Source: a bacterium
GTDB taxonomy: Bacteria; SZUA-182; DTGQ01; JAFGSM01
Direction: 5' to 3'
Length of the DNA: 37,941 nucleotides
NCBI GenBank assembly: GCA_049472315.1
Contig: JBLIRN010000007.1
Coordinates: 1-37,941, forward strand
This document shows, piece after piece, positions 36,837-37,941 of this stretch. Under the pieces are notes generated by a model. That model made no database searches, was not told the DNA's origin, and saw nothing but the letters and a program-made list of their open reading frames with translations. Position 1 is the first letter of the stretch, and each line of letters begins with the position of its first letter. Both the position numbers and the translations under genes were made by a program.

Positions 36837-37941
36837 TCCCGGAGAAGAATCCCGAATCCTATCCTGCGGACCTGCTCATCACCGGGGGGATCGTGCTCCC
36901 CATGAACGGGCAACCCCCAATTTCACAAGGGGGGATTGCAGTCAAGGGCGACCGAATCCTCGCCGTCGGGAAAAACGAGGAGATATGCCGTACCTTCAGG
37001 GCGGCCCGTACCCTGGATAAACCTGCCCACCTCATCATGCCCGGTCTCGTCAACACCCACACCCATGCGGCCATGAGCCTCTTCCGAGGGCTCGCCGACG
37101 ACCTTCCCCTCATGGAATGGCTTAACCAGTACATCTTCCCTGCGGAGCGTCGCATTAACGACACATTGGTGCATTTAGGCACCAGGCTGGCGTGCTGCGA
37201 GATGATCCGTACGGGAACCACCACCTTCAAGGATATGTACCTGTTTGAAGAGGCCGTGGCTGAGGCCACCGCCCGGATGGGGGTACGGGCGGTGGTGGGA
37301 GAGGTCCTCTATGATTTCCCCTCACCCAATTACGGCCCCTTTGAGGAAGGTCTTGCGTATACGCAACGCATGATCGGAAAATGGAAGGGGCACCCCCTGG
37401 TCCGGGTGGCGGTGGAGCCCCATTCCCCCTATACCTGCTCCCCGGAATCGCTCCGGCATGCCCACCGGATCGCTGAGAGCGAACAGTGTCCCCTGGTGCT
37501 TCACCTTGCGGAGACCCGCGACGAGGTGGAGCAGATACGGCAGCGGTACGGGACCACCCCGGTGCGGCACCTGGAGCGGCTGGGTATACTGGGGCCCCAG
37601 GTGCTTGCCGTGCACTGCGTATGGCTCGATGAGGAGGAGATCCGGATCCTGGCCGACCACCAGGTGAAGGTGGCCCACTGCCCCGAGAGCAACATGAAGC
37701 TCGCCGCCGGGATCGCCCCCGTACCCGCACTCCTCAGGGCAGGGGTGACCGTGGGCCTGGGCACGGACGGATGCGCGAGCAACAACAACCTGGACATGTT
37801 CCAGGAGATGGACATGGCAGCAAAGCTGCACAAGGTGGCCACCGGTGATCCCACGGTCATGGACGCCCCCACGGTGCTCGCCATGGCCACCACCGAGGCG
37901 GCGCGGGCACTGGGGCTTGCGGATGAAATCGGATCGCTCGA
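36833..37941 (+). CDS. mtaD: 5-methylthioadenosine/S-adenosylhomocysteine deaminase-like amidohydrolase (runs off the window end)
   Basis: Not in the ORF track; translated by hand from ATG 36833 (ATGA overlap with the PNP stop). Motifs MPGLVNTHTHAAMSLFRGLADDLPLMEWL, GTTTFKDMY, PHSPYTC, HLAET, HCPESNMKLA and GLGTDG. Confidence 0.9.
   Translation, partial: MIPEKNPESYPADLLITGGIVLPMNGQPPISQGGIAVKGDRILAVGKNEEICRTFRAARTLDKPAHLIMPGLVNTHTHAAMSLFRGLADDLPLMEWLNQYIFPAERRINDTLVHLGTRLACCEMIRTGTTTFKDMYLFEEAVAEATARMGVRAVVGEVLYDFPSPNYGPFEEGLAYTQRMIGKWKGHPLVRVAVEPHSPYTCSPESLRHAHRIAESEQCPLVLHLAETRDEVEQIRQRYGTTPVRHLERLGILGPQVLAVHCVWLDEEEIRILADHQVKVAHCPESNMKLAAGIAPVPALLRAGVTVGLGTDGCASNNNLDMFQEMDMAAKLHKVATGDPTVMDAPTVLAMATTEAARALGLADEIGSL

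Overview
Bacterial chromosomal segment, mostly housekeeping genes with GC-rich coding sequence and AT-rich intergenic regions. Gene content suggests a diderm, probably anaerobic, Desulfobacterota-like organism (inference only). Left to right: a minus-strand adenosine-kinase-family gene, nagA, TPR/Slt lytic transglycosylase and receiver-domain gene; purE-tsaC and an HD-containing class II tRNA nucleotidyltransferase; a System II cytochrome c maturation pair (ResB/CcsA) followed by a large predicted outer-membrane beta-barrel, a CsgG/PelC-like lipoprotein and an NHL beta-propeller; a stand-alone AsnC ligand-binding domain; a 231-bp inverted-repeat-bounded element with internal hairpin repeats; a long minus-strand run (purA, tRNA-Lys, tRNA-Glu, guaB3, guaA, glutaredoxin, TrxR-like, rubredoxin, dnaE, accA, ABC-ATPase-domain gene); then an unknown 352-aa gene, dnaN (no dnaA beside it), surE, an NYN-domain protein, an orphan GspL-like gene, a 155-nt fold-back element, PMM/PGM, purine nucleoside phosphorylase and a truncated mtaD-like deaminase. 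No CRISPR array, integrase or transposase is visible. The best candidate for an undescribed system is the ResB-CcsA-barrel-lipoprotein-NHL module, a possible cytochrome maturation and export machine with no cytochrome gene in the window. All calls come from motif recognition by eye; no searches were run.
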